The notes below the pieces were generated by a model. That model was not told the DNA's origin, did not search any database, and saw only the letters and a list, made by a program, of their open reading frames with translations. The translations under genes were made by a program, and so were the position numbers. Positions 50,214-61,107 of a stretch of DNA of 64,000 bases are shown here, piece by piece. The DNA lies in assembly GCA_965199825.1 (NCBI GenBank), contig OZ241329.1:1696001-1760000 (forward strand), in the 5' to 3' direction. Position 1 is the stretch's first letter; the number at the start of each line of letters is the position of its first letter. Source of the stretch: Bdellovibrionales bacterium. GTDB lineage: Bacteria; Bdellovibrionota; Bdellovibrionia; Bdellovibrionales; UBA1609.

Positions 50214-50992
50214 GTTTTGAAATTGGAGTGAGTTTTGTTTTAGGCCTTTTGTTCGGAAGTTTTGGCAATGTCATCATCTACCGCTGGCCACTGGGTCAAA
50301 ATGTGGCTTGGCCCCGCAGCTTTTGTCCTTCTTGTAAAAAACCAATCCCTTGGTATCTCAACATTCCGGTATGTTCTTGGATTTTTTTAAGAGGCCGCTG
50401 CCAAAATTGTCATGCTCACATTTCGATTCGATATCCGCTTGTAGAACTTCTTACCGCAGTGATCTTTGCGAGCATCACCTTTAAAATCGGTGTGTCGTGG
50501 CTTCTTCTCGAATATCTTATTTTTGCATTTGGTTTGGTTGTGGTGAGCGTGATCGATCTTGATCATATGCTATTGCCAGATATTTTCACCCTGTCAGGAA
50601 TTGTGATTGGTCTTGTCGGAGCTTGGCTTAATCCTGAACGAAGTTTTTTACCCAGCTTTTATGGCGTTTTGATGGGCGGCGGATTTTTGTGGGCGGTGGC
50701 TTATATTTATTTTGCACTTCGCAAAGAAGAAGGGATGGGCGGTGGCGATATTAAGTTACTTGCATGGATCGGCGCAATCCTCGGATGGACTGCAATTCCA
50801 TTTGTGATTCTTTGCTCAAGCCTGCTGGGAACATTTATCGGAATCGGGAGTGCAATCAAAAATAAGAAGGGACTTAAGTCGAGTATTCCATTTGGACCTT
50901 ACTTGGCTTTAGCCGCGCTCATTTATATTCTTGGAGGCGATCAACTTGGACAGTGGTATCTCTCTCTCTTTTTGCCCGAACTTGCTCCTTAA
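50210..50992 (+). CDS. pilD: Prepilin peptidase/N-methyltransferase
   Basis: GSFGNVIIYR, CPSC...CQNC, IDLDH.LLPD, GMGGGDIKL, IPFGPYL. Confidence 0.96.
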   Translation: MSFEIGVSFVLGLLFGSFGNVIIYRWPLGQNVAWPRSFCPSCKKPIPWYLNIPVCSWIFLRGRCQNCHAHISIRYPLVELLTAVIFASITFKIGVSWLLLEYLIFAFGLVVVSVIDLDHMLLPDIFTLSGIVIGLVGAWLNPERSFLPSFYGVLMGGGFLWAVAYIYFALRKEEGMGGGDIKLLAWIGAILGWTAIPFVILCSSLLGTFIGIGSAIKNKKGLKSSIPFGPYLALAALIYILGGDQLGQWYLSLFLPELAP

Positions 50993-51021
50993 TTGACAAG
51001 AGTTAGCCGGTCCGATTTAAT
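50993..51021 (+). promoter_or_regulatory. Putative sigma70 promoter of pilMNOPQ
   Basis: TTGACA-N17-TTTAAT in the pilD-pilM gap. Confidence 0.5.
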
Positions 51022-51060
51022 TTTAGCTTAAGGTCGAGTCGGCAAGGGGTTCCTAAAATA

Positions 51061-52113
51061 ATGTTTTTCCAGTCAAAAAAGATCTTGGGTCTCGATATAG
51101 GGACCACCTCGATCAAACTTGCCGAACTCGACGTCGGTCGTAAGGGTGCAACCTTAATTTCTTTTAGTATTGTCCCCACGCCGCAAGGTGCGATGGCCAA
51201 TGGCGACATTGTCGATGCTGCAGCATTAAGCGAGGCGGTAAAAAATATTTTTGCCTCCTCCAGTTCAAATCGAAAATTTATTTGTGGCGGAATCTGCGGC
51301 AACCCGGTGATCGTAAAAAAAGTAAGTATTCCCCGAATGGAAGAAAAATTGATCGCTGAGCAAATCAAATGGGAAGCTGAGCAGTATATTCCGTTCGATA
51401 TGAATGAGACAAATCTCGATTACCGCACACTCAATCAACCTCCAACAGGTGAGACGATGGACGTGTTGTTGGTGGCAGCAAAACAAGATGCAATTTTTCG
51501 GCTTAATGAAATTATAGAAACCAGCGGAAAGACTCTCAACATTGTCGATGTGAGTGGATTTGCATTGGCGCAATGCTTTGAACAGAATTACAACATTCCT
51601 GATGAACAAGCTGTTGCGCTTGTGAATTTAGGAGGAGCCGTTACAAACGTAACGGTTTTAAATCGAAATGATATTGTGTTTTCTCGGGACATTCTGCTCG
51701 GCGGAATTAATTATTCAAACGAAATTCAGCGCGGACTCAATCTCACCGCAGACGAAGCCGAAGTGATGAAAATCTCTGCAAGCCAAGGTCAAGCCGTGCC
51801 TGAGGATCTGATGACCATTCTCGAAAAAAACCATAAGCCTATTGCCGAAGAAATTTTGAGCAGTCTCGAGTTTTTTCAAAATTCGACAAATGGAATTTTG
51901 GTCAGTGCTTGTTTTGTAACCGGAGGAGCGTCGCGCACACCCGGTCTAATTCCATATCTCAACAAATTTTTAAAAATCTCCACTCAACCTTTAGACCCTT
52001 TTAGAAGTATCAAACACAATTCAAGCAAACTCTCGCAATCCTTTATCTCACAGATCGCAGATGTGAGTGCTGTGGCCATCGGCCTTGGACTCAGAAAAGA
52101 AGGCGATTCATGA
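51061..52113 (+). CDS. pilM: Type IV pilus assembly protein PilM
   Basis: LGLDIGTTSIK, EAEQYIPF, VLLVAAK, VTGGAS, AIGLGLR. Confidence 0.95.
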   Translation: MFFQSKKILGLDIGTTSIKLAELDVGRKGATLISFSIVPTPQGAMANGDIVDAAALSEAVKNIFASSSSNRKFICGGICGNPVIVKKVSIPRMEEKLIAEQIKWEAEQYIPFDMNETNLDYRTLNQPPTGETMDVLLVAAKQDAIFRLNEIIETSGKTLNIVDVSGFALAQCFEQNYNIPDEQAVALVNLGGAVTNVTVLNRNDIVFSRDILLGGINYSNEIQRGLNLTADEAEVMKISASQGQAVPEDLMTILEKNHKPIAEEILSSLEFFQNSTNGILVSACFVTGGASRTPGLIPYLNKFLKISTQPLDPFRSIKHNSSKLSQSFISQIADVSAVAIGLGLRKEGDS

Positions 52114-52703
52114 TCAAAGTGAATCTTGCCAAAACAAAGCTCACCTCAACCGGCATCGACGATGTGGGAGAGTTTGTTCAAAAAAAACCACGAATCGACT
52201 ACGCCAATCTCTTGGTGAAATCGGCATTTATTTTTGGACTCACAATTGGGCTTGCGGTTTATGAACATATCCATATCGCGAGTCTCGAAAAGGAAAGTAC
52301 CGATCTCGCTAAACGCTCCGGTGATCTGCTCCAAGAGCTCCAAAAAAAACAAGCAACCACCGCACCTCTTAAAGATTTTGAACTCAAAGCCAAAGAGCTT
52401 GAAGACAAGTTAACAGTTCTTAAAAAGCTCTCACGATTAAGATTGCGTGCGGTCAAGGATCTTGATTTTTTGCAAACCAGTTTGCCCGATCGTGTTTGGT
52501 TTAGCTCCGTCAAATTCAACGACAATTTGATTCATTTGGTTGGTTACGCAGCCTCAGATGATGATCTTAACTTACTCACCAAATCTTTAGAAAATAGCAT
52601 TCTCTTTAGCAATATTTTGGTGGAGCGACTCGAGGTCGCCAAAGTCGGCGGCACCGAATACAAAAATTTTGAAATGGGTTTCAACTCTGAGGTCGGTGAG
52701 TGA
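52110..52703 (+). CDS. pilN: Type IV pilus assembly protein PilN
   Basis: MIKVNL, TM segment, coiled coil, LPDRVWF, L.GYA. Confidence 0.9.
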   Translation: MIKVNLAKTKLTSTGIDDVGEFVQKKPRIDYANLLVKSAFIFGLTIGLAVYEHIHIASLEKESTDLAKRSGDLLQELQKKQATTAPLKDFELKAKELEDKLTVLKKLSRLRLRAVKDLDFLQTSLPDRVWFSSVKFNDNLIHLVGYAASDDDLNLLTKSLENSILFSNILVERLEVAKVGGTEYKNFEMGFNSEVGE

Positions 52704-53290
52704 GCGCACTAGACAGAATCTATAACATGACCGTGACCCAAGCCTTTGCGATTGGTCTTGTGCTCGCGGGACTTTATTATTTTGTCGGTTACAATTCAGG
52801 AACAAATCTTGAAGCACAAATCGAGGCAAATAAATTGAGTATCCAAGATACCGAGACCAAACTTGCCGAAGAAAATAAAAAGATTCAGAGACTGGATGAA
52901 TACAAACGAATCTCAGCCTCGATGGGTGAAAATCTGCAGTCGCTGCTCACATTCATTCCTACTCATCTTGAAACTTTTGATCTCAAAAAAACTATTTCGC
53001 TCGAGGCAAAAGCCGCAGCGGTCAGTCTGTCGCGAATGAACGAGATCACGGTTCCACCTCCAACAGCCAAACTTTTCTACAAGGAACTTGCGGTCCAAGT
53101 GGATCTTAAAGGTTCTTTTCAACAGCTTATGCTTTTTTTATCTTTTCTTACTCGAGCTGAGCAATTTTTAACCGTACACAATCTTGGCCTGACGGTTGAG
53201 AGTTCACAGAATAAATCAGATTCACCGATGTTGCGCTTCACCGCAGAAATTCATGGCTATCAATATATTGAGCCGGAGAAGCCAAAATGA
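52700..53290 (+). CDS. pilO: Type IV pilus assembly protein PilO
   Basis: TM segment, coiled coil, FYKELAVQVDLKGSFQQLMLFL; operon position. Confidence 0.9.
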   Translation: MSALDRIYNMTVTQAFAIGLVLAGLYYFVGYNSGTNLEAQIEANKLSIQDTETKLAEENKKIQRLDEYKRISASMGENLQSLLTFIPTHLETFDLKKTISLEAKAAAVSLSRMNEITVPPPTAKLFYKELAVQVDLKGSFQQLMLFLSFLTRAEQFLTVHNLGLTVESSQNKSDSPMLRFTAEIHGYQYIEPEKPK

Positions 53291-53754
53291 TCAAAGCCGG
53301 TCTGGCTTTTTTTCTTCTGGCTCATGCTCAACCGGCTCCAACACCTGAGGCTTCGCCCGCTCCCGTGGTCACCAAGAAGCTCACCAGTGCTCCCGAACTT
53401 CAAAGTTATCTCGAGCCTTTTATTTATGACATGAAGGATCGAAGGGATCCCTTTCAACCTTATTTGGAAGTTGGTGCGTCAACCGAGGGTGATTTTGAAG
53501 GACCATTATTACCACTTCAGCGTTATGATCTAGATGAAATCCGCTTAATCGGAATTATCTGGGATGTGCGTGATCCAAAGGCGATGTTTATGGATCCCAA
53601 CTCCCAAATTCATACGTTAAGTCGAGATGAACGTATTGGACGCAACAACGGATATATCGCAAAGATTCGCGAAGGCGAAGTGGTCGTGGTAGAAACAATT
53701 CGTTCAAAAGGTGAATCGGTTCGATCGCCACGGGTCATAAAAATTAGCCGATAG
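53287..53754 (+). CDS. pilP: Type IV pilus assembly protein PilP
   Basis: RRDPFQP, PLQRYDLDEIRLIGIIW, IGRNNGYI. No lipobox Cys. Confidence 0.9.
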   Translation: MIKAGLAFFLLAHAQPAPTPEASPAPVVTKKLTSAPELQSYLEPFIYDMKDRRDPFQPYLEVGASTEGDFEGPLLPLQRYDLDEIRLIGIIWDVRDPKAMFMDPNSQIHTLSRDERIGRNNGYIAKIREGEVVVVETIRSKGESVRSPRVIKISR

Positions 53755-53765
53755 GAGTATCAAGG

Positions 53766-55883
53766 ATGATGCAGCGAAAATTGTTTTTGGGTGTTTGCCT
53801 TACAGCATTGGTTTTAGGTTCTTGCACCTCAAAACCTGTGGACGATGATGATATCATTAGCGCAACAGAATCTACCGAAACAACTTCTGAAGAGGGTGAT
53901 CTCGGTGATCAATCCGCAGAGGATGCCGCAGAAAGTGAAATCGCGAGCGATCAAAAAACAACCGAGCCCGATCAACTTGATGATCTAGAAACAAAAACAG
54001 ATCCTGCGCCTAAAGAAGACAATGATTTTGCCGATTTTGATAGTGGTCCTAAAGATCAAAATGCTCCACCCTCTGCACCTGTCGCTCCCGATGCCCCAAT
54101 GACGCCTGTCACTCCCATGGCCGAGAACCCACCCGCTGAAAATCGCTCACAACCCCAAGTGCAATCGGGCGAAGTTGAAATCAAAAATATTGGTTATTTG
54201 GCAAATTCAAATGGCGGGACAGTTTTGATCGAGACCTCTGGTCCCGCACGATTTTCTAAACGCTATAATTCTGAAAATAATCAGTTTGTGATCGAAGTCG
54301 CCAATGCAAAATTGCCGGCTCATCTGAAGCGCCCGTATATCATGAAAGAATTTTCTGGATCTTTCGGAGCCATTAACGCTTACCAAACCGAAGGCTCCAA
54401 TGAGGCCCGCATTGTGGTTCAACTTAAAGGCAATCAAGGTGCCGAACCCATTGTTCAGCAAGAGGGTCAGCAGATTTTAATTTTGCCCGCATCAGCCTCA
54501 AGTGAGAGTGCTGTCGCAAGCAATGCACCAGAAGAAGATGTTCGAGTCACTGAACAAAAAGGTCGGCCTCTTAATGCCGGAAGTCTCGATGATTTTTTGT
54601 TGGGAACACAAAAATTTTCGGGCGCCGAAATTTCTGTTCAAACCAAAGATGCAGAAGTGCGTGACGTGCTCAATTTTATTGCCGATCAGTCGGGCGCGAA
54701 TATGATTATTTCAGACGACGTCACAGGAAAAATTTCGATCAAGCTGCGAAAAATTCCCTGGGATCAAGCGCTGGTGACTGTGCTCAGATCAAAGCGTTTG
54801 GGCTATGTGCGACAAGGCAATGTGATCAGAATCTCGTCGCTGGATGAACTTAAAAAAGAAACCGAAAACGCGCGCTTGATGGTCGAATCACAAAAAGCTT
54901 TAGAGCCTTTAAAAATAAAAATTATTCCGCTGAGTTATGCCGACCCTGTAGAAATGCAAACCAATATCTTAAAGTTTTTAACAAAAGTCCGCGGGACAGC
55001 TGTGGTCGATAAGCAATCTAACAGCCTTGTGATTACCGATACCGAAGAGGTGCTCGAGCGGATGGCGCTCATCATCAAAGACCTTGATGTGCAAACTCCT
55101 CAGGTCATGATCGAGGGCAAAGTGATCGAAGCCACTGGTGAGTTTTCGCGGAGTGCCGGAATCAATTGGAATTTTAGCGGATCACAAATGAATTTAAGTC
55201 CTGGCGGGGGCTTCAATGGTCAGCCCATCACTCTTAAACCACAACTCGGTATCACCACTGCTGCCAGTGATGCGGTTTCGGCCTTTAATCTTGCTCTCAA
55301 CGTCGGAACTCTCGATATACTTGGAAACTTAACCGCTGCAATTTCACTTGCTGAACTTGAGCGCACGGCCAAGGTTCTCTCCTCACCTCGTGTTGTGACG
55401 ATGAATCGTCAAGTTGCTGAGATTGAGCAAAAAAGCGAAGATGTGACTGCAAACAGTACCGTTTCAAACGGCACAGTGACCGAAACAGTGGTTCGCACTC
55501 CCTATGTTCTTGATCTCAAAGTAACGCCGCAAATCACAAGTGATGGATCAGTCATTATGGATGTGGCTGTGATCCGTGAATTTTTAGGTCCCAAAGTTTC
55601 GGAAAAATCGGGAGCTCATGCGATCAACTCACGCAAAGCGACCACAAAAATTTTAGTCCGCAACGGGCAAACCGCGGTGATCGGTGGGGTCTATCAAAAT
55701 GATTCAAACTTGCAGGACAGCGGAGTGCCGGGGCTCAAAGACATCCCGGTCTTGGGATGGCTGTTCAAAGGGCGAACCTCGAGTACTATAAAAAATGAGC
55801 TTTTAATATTCTTAACACCAAAAATATTAAGTTCACCCAAAGATATGGACGCTCCCGATAATCGTCAAAGCGCCGCAGGATAA
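53766..55883 (+). CDS. pilQ: Type IV pilus secretin PilQ (lipoprotein, AMIN domain)
   Basis: Lipobox LGSC, acidic linker, AMIN-like domain, IPWDQAL, QVMIEGKVIE, VTPQIT, GVPGLKDIPVLGWLF, ELLIFLTPKI. Confidence 0.95.
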   Translation: MMQRKLFLGVCLTALVLGSCTSKPVDDDDIISATESTETTSEEGDLGDQSAEDAAESEIASDQKTTEPDQLDDLETKTDPAPKEDNDFADFDSGPKDQNAPPSAPVAPDAPMTPVTPMAENPPAENRSQPQVQSGEVEIKNIGYLANSNGGTVLIETSGPARFSKRYNSENNQFVIEVANAKLPAHLKRPYIMKEFSGSFGAINAYQTEGSNEARIVVQLKGNQGAEPIVQQEGQQILILPASASSESAVASNAPEEDVRVTEQKGRPLNAGSLDDFLLGTQKFSGAEISVQTKDAEVRDVLNFIADQSGANMIISDDVTGKISIKLRKIPWDQALVTVLRSKRLGYVRQGNVIRISSLDELKKETENARLMVESQKALEPLKIKIIPLSYADPVEMQTNILKFLTKVRGTAVVDKQSNSLVITDTEEVLERMALIIKDLDVQTPQVMIEGKVIEATGEFSRSAGINWNFSGSQMNLSPGGGFNGQPITLKPQLGITTAASDAVSAFNLALNVGTLDILGNLTAAISLAELERTAKVLSSPRVVTMNRQVAEIEQKSEDVTANSTVSNGTVTETVVRTPYVLDLKVTPQITSDGSVIMDVAVIREFLGPKVSEKSGAHAINSRKATTKILVRNGQTAVIGGVYQNDSNLQDSGVPGLKDIPVLGWLFKGRTSSTIKNELLIFLTPKILSSPKDMDAPDNRQSAAG

Positions 55884-55890
55884 ATAATTT

Positions 55891-56427
55891 TTATTTTGTG
55901 GTAAAATAAATCGTTTTTTGAATACTGCTCAGCGGCTGATACCCAGTCGCTTTCGAGCTTGCAAGATAACCCGTCAAAACCATACTGCCCGAAAGACCCA
56001 CCAAACTATCATAATGGGTGGGCAAATTTTGAATGTAAAAGATCAAAGGCGGATTGGTTTGCGCCCCAGGATCAAGATTCACAATGGCCGATGTGGTGTT
56101 GAGCACATTGGTAATATCACTTGCGCCGTAATCTTTTTCAAAACGGTTTGCTAAACCACCTACAGATCCATCTAAGATCACATGAATGTTTGAAAACGCC
56201 ACAGCACTCTGATTGGAATTGGTAATCGACATATTCACCTGAATCGAAGCCGGCGTAACCGTTAAAAAGGTTGCCGAGGCTGAAGCTGTGGGCGTTGGAA
56301 GCGGAATCATATAAGACGACAAGATAATCGGTGAAGTCGAAACCGTAACGACCACGCCCGTATTGTCGCCTCCACTACAATGATTCAAAAAAATCATTGA
56401 GATAAGAATTAATAAAAATCGCAGCAT
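55891..56427 (-). CDS. Hypothetical lipoprotein
   Basis: AAGGGGG RBS before ATG 56427; signal peptide ending LNHC; Ser/Thr-rich beta-sandwich-like sequence. Confidence 0.7.
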   Translation of the reverse strand: MLRFLLILISMIFLNHCSGGDNTGVVVTVSTSPIILSSYMIPLPTPTASASATFLTVTPASIQVNMSITNSNQSAVAFSNIHVILDGSVGGLANRFEKDYGASDITNVLNTTSAIVNLDPGAQTNPPLIFYIQNLPTHYDSLVGLSGSMVLTGYLASSKATGYQPLSSIQKTIYFTTK

Positions 56428-56493
56428 TGTGAAATCCCCCTTACAAAATAAAATATCATTCTCTCGCAAAGCTGGTCCAGCGATTGCTTACAT

Positions 56494-57804
56494 ATGAGAC
56501 CTATGGATCTTTTCGAATTCTCCGCCGATGACACACATGCTTCTTCACCCTTGGCCGAGCAAATGCGGCCAAAAACCTTTGAGAGTTTTATTGGTCACAA
56601 TAAAGCTCTTCAGTCTTTTCAGTTTTTAAAAGATTTAAAAAAAGGCCAAGCCGATCATCTTCCACATCTTATTCTGTGGGGACCTCCCGGCACCGGCAAA
56701 ACAAGTTTTGCCAAATTGTTATCTTACCGACTCGAGGCGGATTTTCATTCCCTCAACGCAATTGATGCAGGCACTAAAGAACTTAAAGAATTTGGACGTC
56801 GAGGTTATCAACGCCGACTCGAGGGGCAAACTCCGCTTGTTTTGTTTCTAGATGAAATTCATCGCCTCAATCGATCTCAACAAGATGTGTTTTTACCTTT
56901 CTTGGAGCGCGGCGATCTTCGCCTTATCGGAGCCACAACCGAAAATCCCAGCTACGAACTCAATCGGGCCTTACTCAGTCGGGTGCGTATTTTAAAATTC
57001 GAACTCTTAAGCCTCGAGGACCTTAAACAAATTTTATTTTCAACGCTCAATAAACTTAAAATTGAGCCAGATTCATTTTTAGATGATCAAGCGCTTGAGC
57101 ATCTCACTGCAACAAGCGCTGGAGATGCACGCCGACTTCTCAACAATCTCGAGCTGTTGTTGCAAGAAGATCCAACCAAACGACCATTTCAAAAATCGAC
57201 AATCGACGAGCTCATGTCCACTCAACCTCTTCCTTACGATAAATCTCGCGATTCCCATTACGATACCATTTCGGCATTTATAAAGAGCATTCGTGGGAGT
57301 GATCCCGATGCCGCAGTTTATTATTTGGCGCGCATGCTGGCAGGTGGCGAAGACCCCTTATTTATTGCTCGCCGATTGGTAATCCTCGCCTCCGAAGATA
57401 TCGGAAATGCCGAACCACGAGCGCTGCCACTTGCGGTCGCAGGAGCTCAAGCGGTCGAGCTAATTGGTTTACCCGAAGCCGCAATAAATCTTTCCCATGT
57501 GACAACATTTTTGGCCGGATGTCCTAAATCAAATAGGTCCTATTTAGCTCTCAGAAAAGCCCAAAAAGTGGTGAGTGAAACAGGCGCTCTCGCAATTCCG
57601 ATGAGTTTGCGGTCGGCACAAACCGAGCTGTCTAAAGAAGTTGGACATGGTGAGGGTTATCAATATGCGCATGATGATCCACGAGGCTACAAGGCCCAAG
57701 ACTTTTTGCCGCCCGAGTTGGTCAACAGTAAATTCTACGAGCCAAAAAACTTAGGCTTTGAAAAGACAGTGGCCGAATATCTCAAATGGATTAAACAAAC
57801 CTAG
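56494..57804 (+). CDS. rarA: Replication-associated recombination protein A (RarA/MgsA)
   Basis: PLAEQMRP, WGPPGTGKT, LDEIHR, GATTENP, HYDTISAFIKSIRGSDPDAA, ASEDIGNA. Confidence 0.96.
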   Translation: MRPMDLFEFSADDTHASSPLAEQMRPKTFESFIGHNKALQSFQFLKDLKKGQADHLPHLILWGPPGTGKTSFAKLLSYRLEADFHSLNAIDAGTKELKEFGRRGYQRRLEGQTPLVLFLDEIHRLNRSQQDVFLPFLERGDLRLIGATTENPSYELNRALLSRVRILKFELLSLEDLKQILFSTLNKLKIEPDSFLDDQALEHLTATSAGDARRLLNNLELLLQEDPTKRPFQKSTIDELMSTQPLPYDKSRDSHYDTISAFIKSIRGSDPDAAVYYLARMLAGGEDPLFIARRLVILASEDIGNAEPRALPLAVAGAQAVELIGLPEAAINLSHVTTFLAGCPKSNRSYLALRKAQKVVSETGALAIPMSLRSAQTELSKEVGHGEGYQYAHDDPRGYKAQDFLPPELVNSKFYEPKNLGFEKTVAEYLKWIKQT

Positions 57805-58106
57805 TAGGTTTTTTGTGCACAAATGCACAAGCATCGATGCGTCCCCTGGACCTTTTTAGAGTGACGTGTGTTCGATGGAATCACGATGCGATCACCAGGA
57901 CGCAACAGCAACTTGTTACCGGCAATATCCAAAACCATTTCGCCCTCTGCCACCATTCGCACTTCATCAAAAGGATGACGATGGTCGGGGACAAAGGCAT
58001 CGGGTTCATAAATTTCTTCTTGAGGACTCAAGCCCTCAGCTTCAAACATCATCTTCATCTGCGAAACATCGGGGAGTGTTGGCGCTTGCCATCTTGATAT
58101 TAACAT
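57801..58106 (-). CDS. Cupin domain protein
   Basis: HRHPFDEVRMVAEG...LRPGDRIVIPSNTRH. Confidence 0.88.
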   Translation of the reverse strand: MLISRWQAPTLPDVSQMKMMFEAEGLSPQEEIYEPDAFVPDHRHPFDEVRMVAEGEMVLDIAGNKLLLRPGDRIVIPSNTRHSKKVQGTHRCLCICAQKTY

Positions 58107-58152
58107 TCGAAAACTTAAACTCTTTGCCTCTCCAAAAGCAAGGCGTCTTCAA

Positions 58153-58770
58153 ATGAGACGCCTCATTTCACCACAGGACGAACAGGCTAATATTGAACTG
58201 GCTCTTAAGTGCGACTCTCTAACGGACGAAGAGTTGTTTGAAAGAAAACTGGGGGCTCACTTGAATTCGACTCTGACAACAAATGAAAATATTGAACGCA
58301 TCTGTGACTTCGTTTCTAAAAGCTCGGGTCTTCAGTTAGTGAGTCGCGATCATACACAAATCTTTATTATTCAAAAAATCGACGGCCAACATTTTTCACT
58401 TATCATCAGCGCGGTTGAAGAAGTCTTAATTCGCAAAGACAGCGAACAAAGACTCTTTCTTCAAATCAATTATTCCAAAACAAAAAAAGTTTTGCTCACC
58501 GATAACCTCATTGGCTTCAAGCCAGCCGCTTTTGCAGGTCTGGATCTCTCAAAATTACCTCGAGTCGTTACAACCCCAGATATACAAAGTGTGAGAACCG
58601 CAATCGAAGAGATGCTCTCAAACGAAACCACCATCGTCGAAGAAGTAGATGTTCTCAGACGCGTTTTTGAATCCGTGATTGAAGGCGCCGAGCAAGTCGG
58701 CTTCCAAATGCCCTCAGAGCGTGAGTGGCTCAAACGAATCTCAACTTCTCGCTACAGCGCTTCAGCATAA
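58153..58770 (+). CDS. Hypothetical protein
   Basis: 205-aa ORF filling the gap before the tRNA. No recognisable motif; start uncertain. Confidence 0.7.
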   Translation: MRRLISPQDEQANIELALKCDSLTDEELFERKLGAHLNSTLTTNENIERICDFVSKSSGLQLVSRDHTQIFIIQKIDGQHFSLIISAVEEVLIRKDSEQRLFLQINYSKTKKVLLTDNLIGFKPAAFAGLDLSKLPRVVTTPDIQSVRTAIEEMLSNETTIVEEVDVLRRVFESVIEGAEQVGFQMPSEREWLKRISTSRYSASA

Positions 58771-58790
58771 AAAATTTTTTCTAAAAGACG

Positions 58791-58820
58791 TTGACCAATC
58801 TCATCTGTCGCTCATAGTTT
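58791..58820 (+). promoter_or_regulatory. Putative sigma70 promoter of tRNA-Ala (possibly also an upstream rrn promoter)
   Basis: TTGACC followed by CATAGT (16-bp spacer) or TAGTTT (18-bp spacer), with an AT-rich upstream tract. Confidence 0.55.
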
Positions 58821-58842
58821 GCAGCCTTCGTGCATTGCATTC

Positions 58843-58918
<76 letters not shown>

Positions 58919-58996
58919 AACGCAATGAACGAAACGGTTTCGAGTGTCTTCAAAAAAATCTTTTTCAAAAAAATTGAAAAAAGTTTTTTAAAACGG

Positions 58997-59025
58997 TTGA
59001 CGAAAAAATCTCGATTCAGTAAGAA
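58997..59025 (+). promoter_or_regulatory. Putative rRNA operon promoter
   Basis: TTGACG-N17-TAAGAA preceded by a long A/T-tract (UP-like) region, 58952-58990. Confidence 0.6.
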
Positions 59026-59038
59026 CTGACTTCCCTAA

Positions 59039-59051
59039 TGTTCTTTGAAAA
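59039..59051 (+). promoter_or_regulatory. rrn leader boxA antiterminator
   Basis: TGTTCTTTGAAAA. Confidence 0.8.
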
Positions 59052-59081
59052 CTAAATAGCTAATCGAAACATGGTTTCAAG
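59048..59081 (+). repeat. 5' arm of the 16S processing stem (pairs with 60777-60805)
   Basis: AAAACTAAATAGCTAATC...CATGGTTTCAAG is complementary to CTTGAGACCATG-ATTAGCTATTTAGTTTT. Confidence 0.85.
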
Positions 59082-59209
59082 ACTCCCGAGATAACGTAAG
59101 TTATCGAAGGAAATTTAAGTACCAGTTTCTTTGAAAGTAAATACAAACGGACGTTTGAAAATATATGCTTGAATTGAAACTAATTTTTTGAAATTTAATT
59201 TTTAAATTT

Positions 59210-60734
<1,525 letters not shown>

Positions 60735-60835
60735 TTTTGTCCGCTCGCAAGAGATGGACATATTCCCTAGGTCAAGCTTGAGACCATGATTAGCTATTTA
60801 GTTTTGAGAGAGCAAAAGGTCAGTGACCGGCGAAT

Positions 60836-60912
<77 letters not shown>

Positions 60913-60972
60913 ATTGAGTGAAGTGGGAACTGATAGTTTGCTCTCAATAGTTTTTGGATTCGTAAGAGTCCT

Positions 60973-60985
60973 CGCTCTTTGAAAA
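60973..60985 (+). promoter_or_regulatory. Spacer boxA
   Basis: CGCTCTTTGAAAA. Confidence 0.75.
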
Positions 60986-61107
60986 TTGAATAGTAGTGAT
61001 TAATATCAAGTTAATAGTATTTTGATTTAGATCATTTGTTAGTATTTGAGAATGACTCAAACTTTTAAGTTTAAGTGATTCTTAGCAAGGTAAGTTAAGT
61101 ATTTTTT

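Noticed and set aside
167..58733. Numerous 60-140 aa alternative-frame and antisense ORFs nested in long genes
   Set aside because: They are fully contained in well-supported CDSs and lack motifs or translation signals.
58952..58990. A/T-rich inverted repeat as an intrinsic terminator after tRNA-Ala
   Set aside because: The stem is almost all A-T. It is better explained as UP-element A-tracts of the rrn promoter, though weak termination is not excluded.
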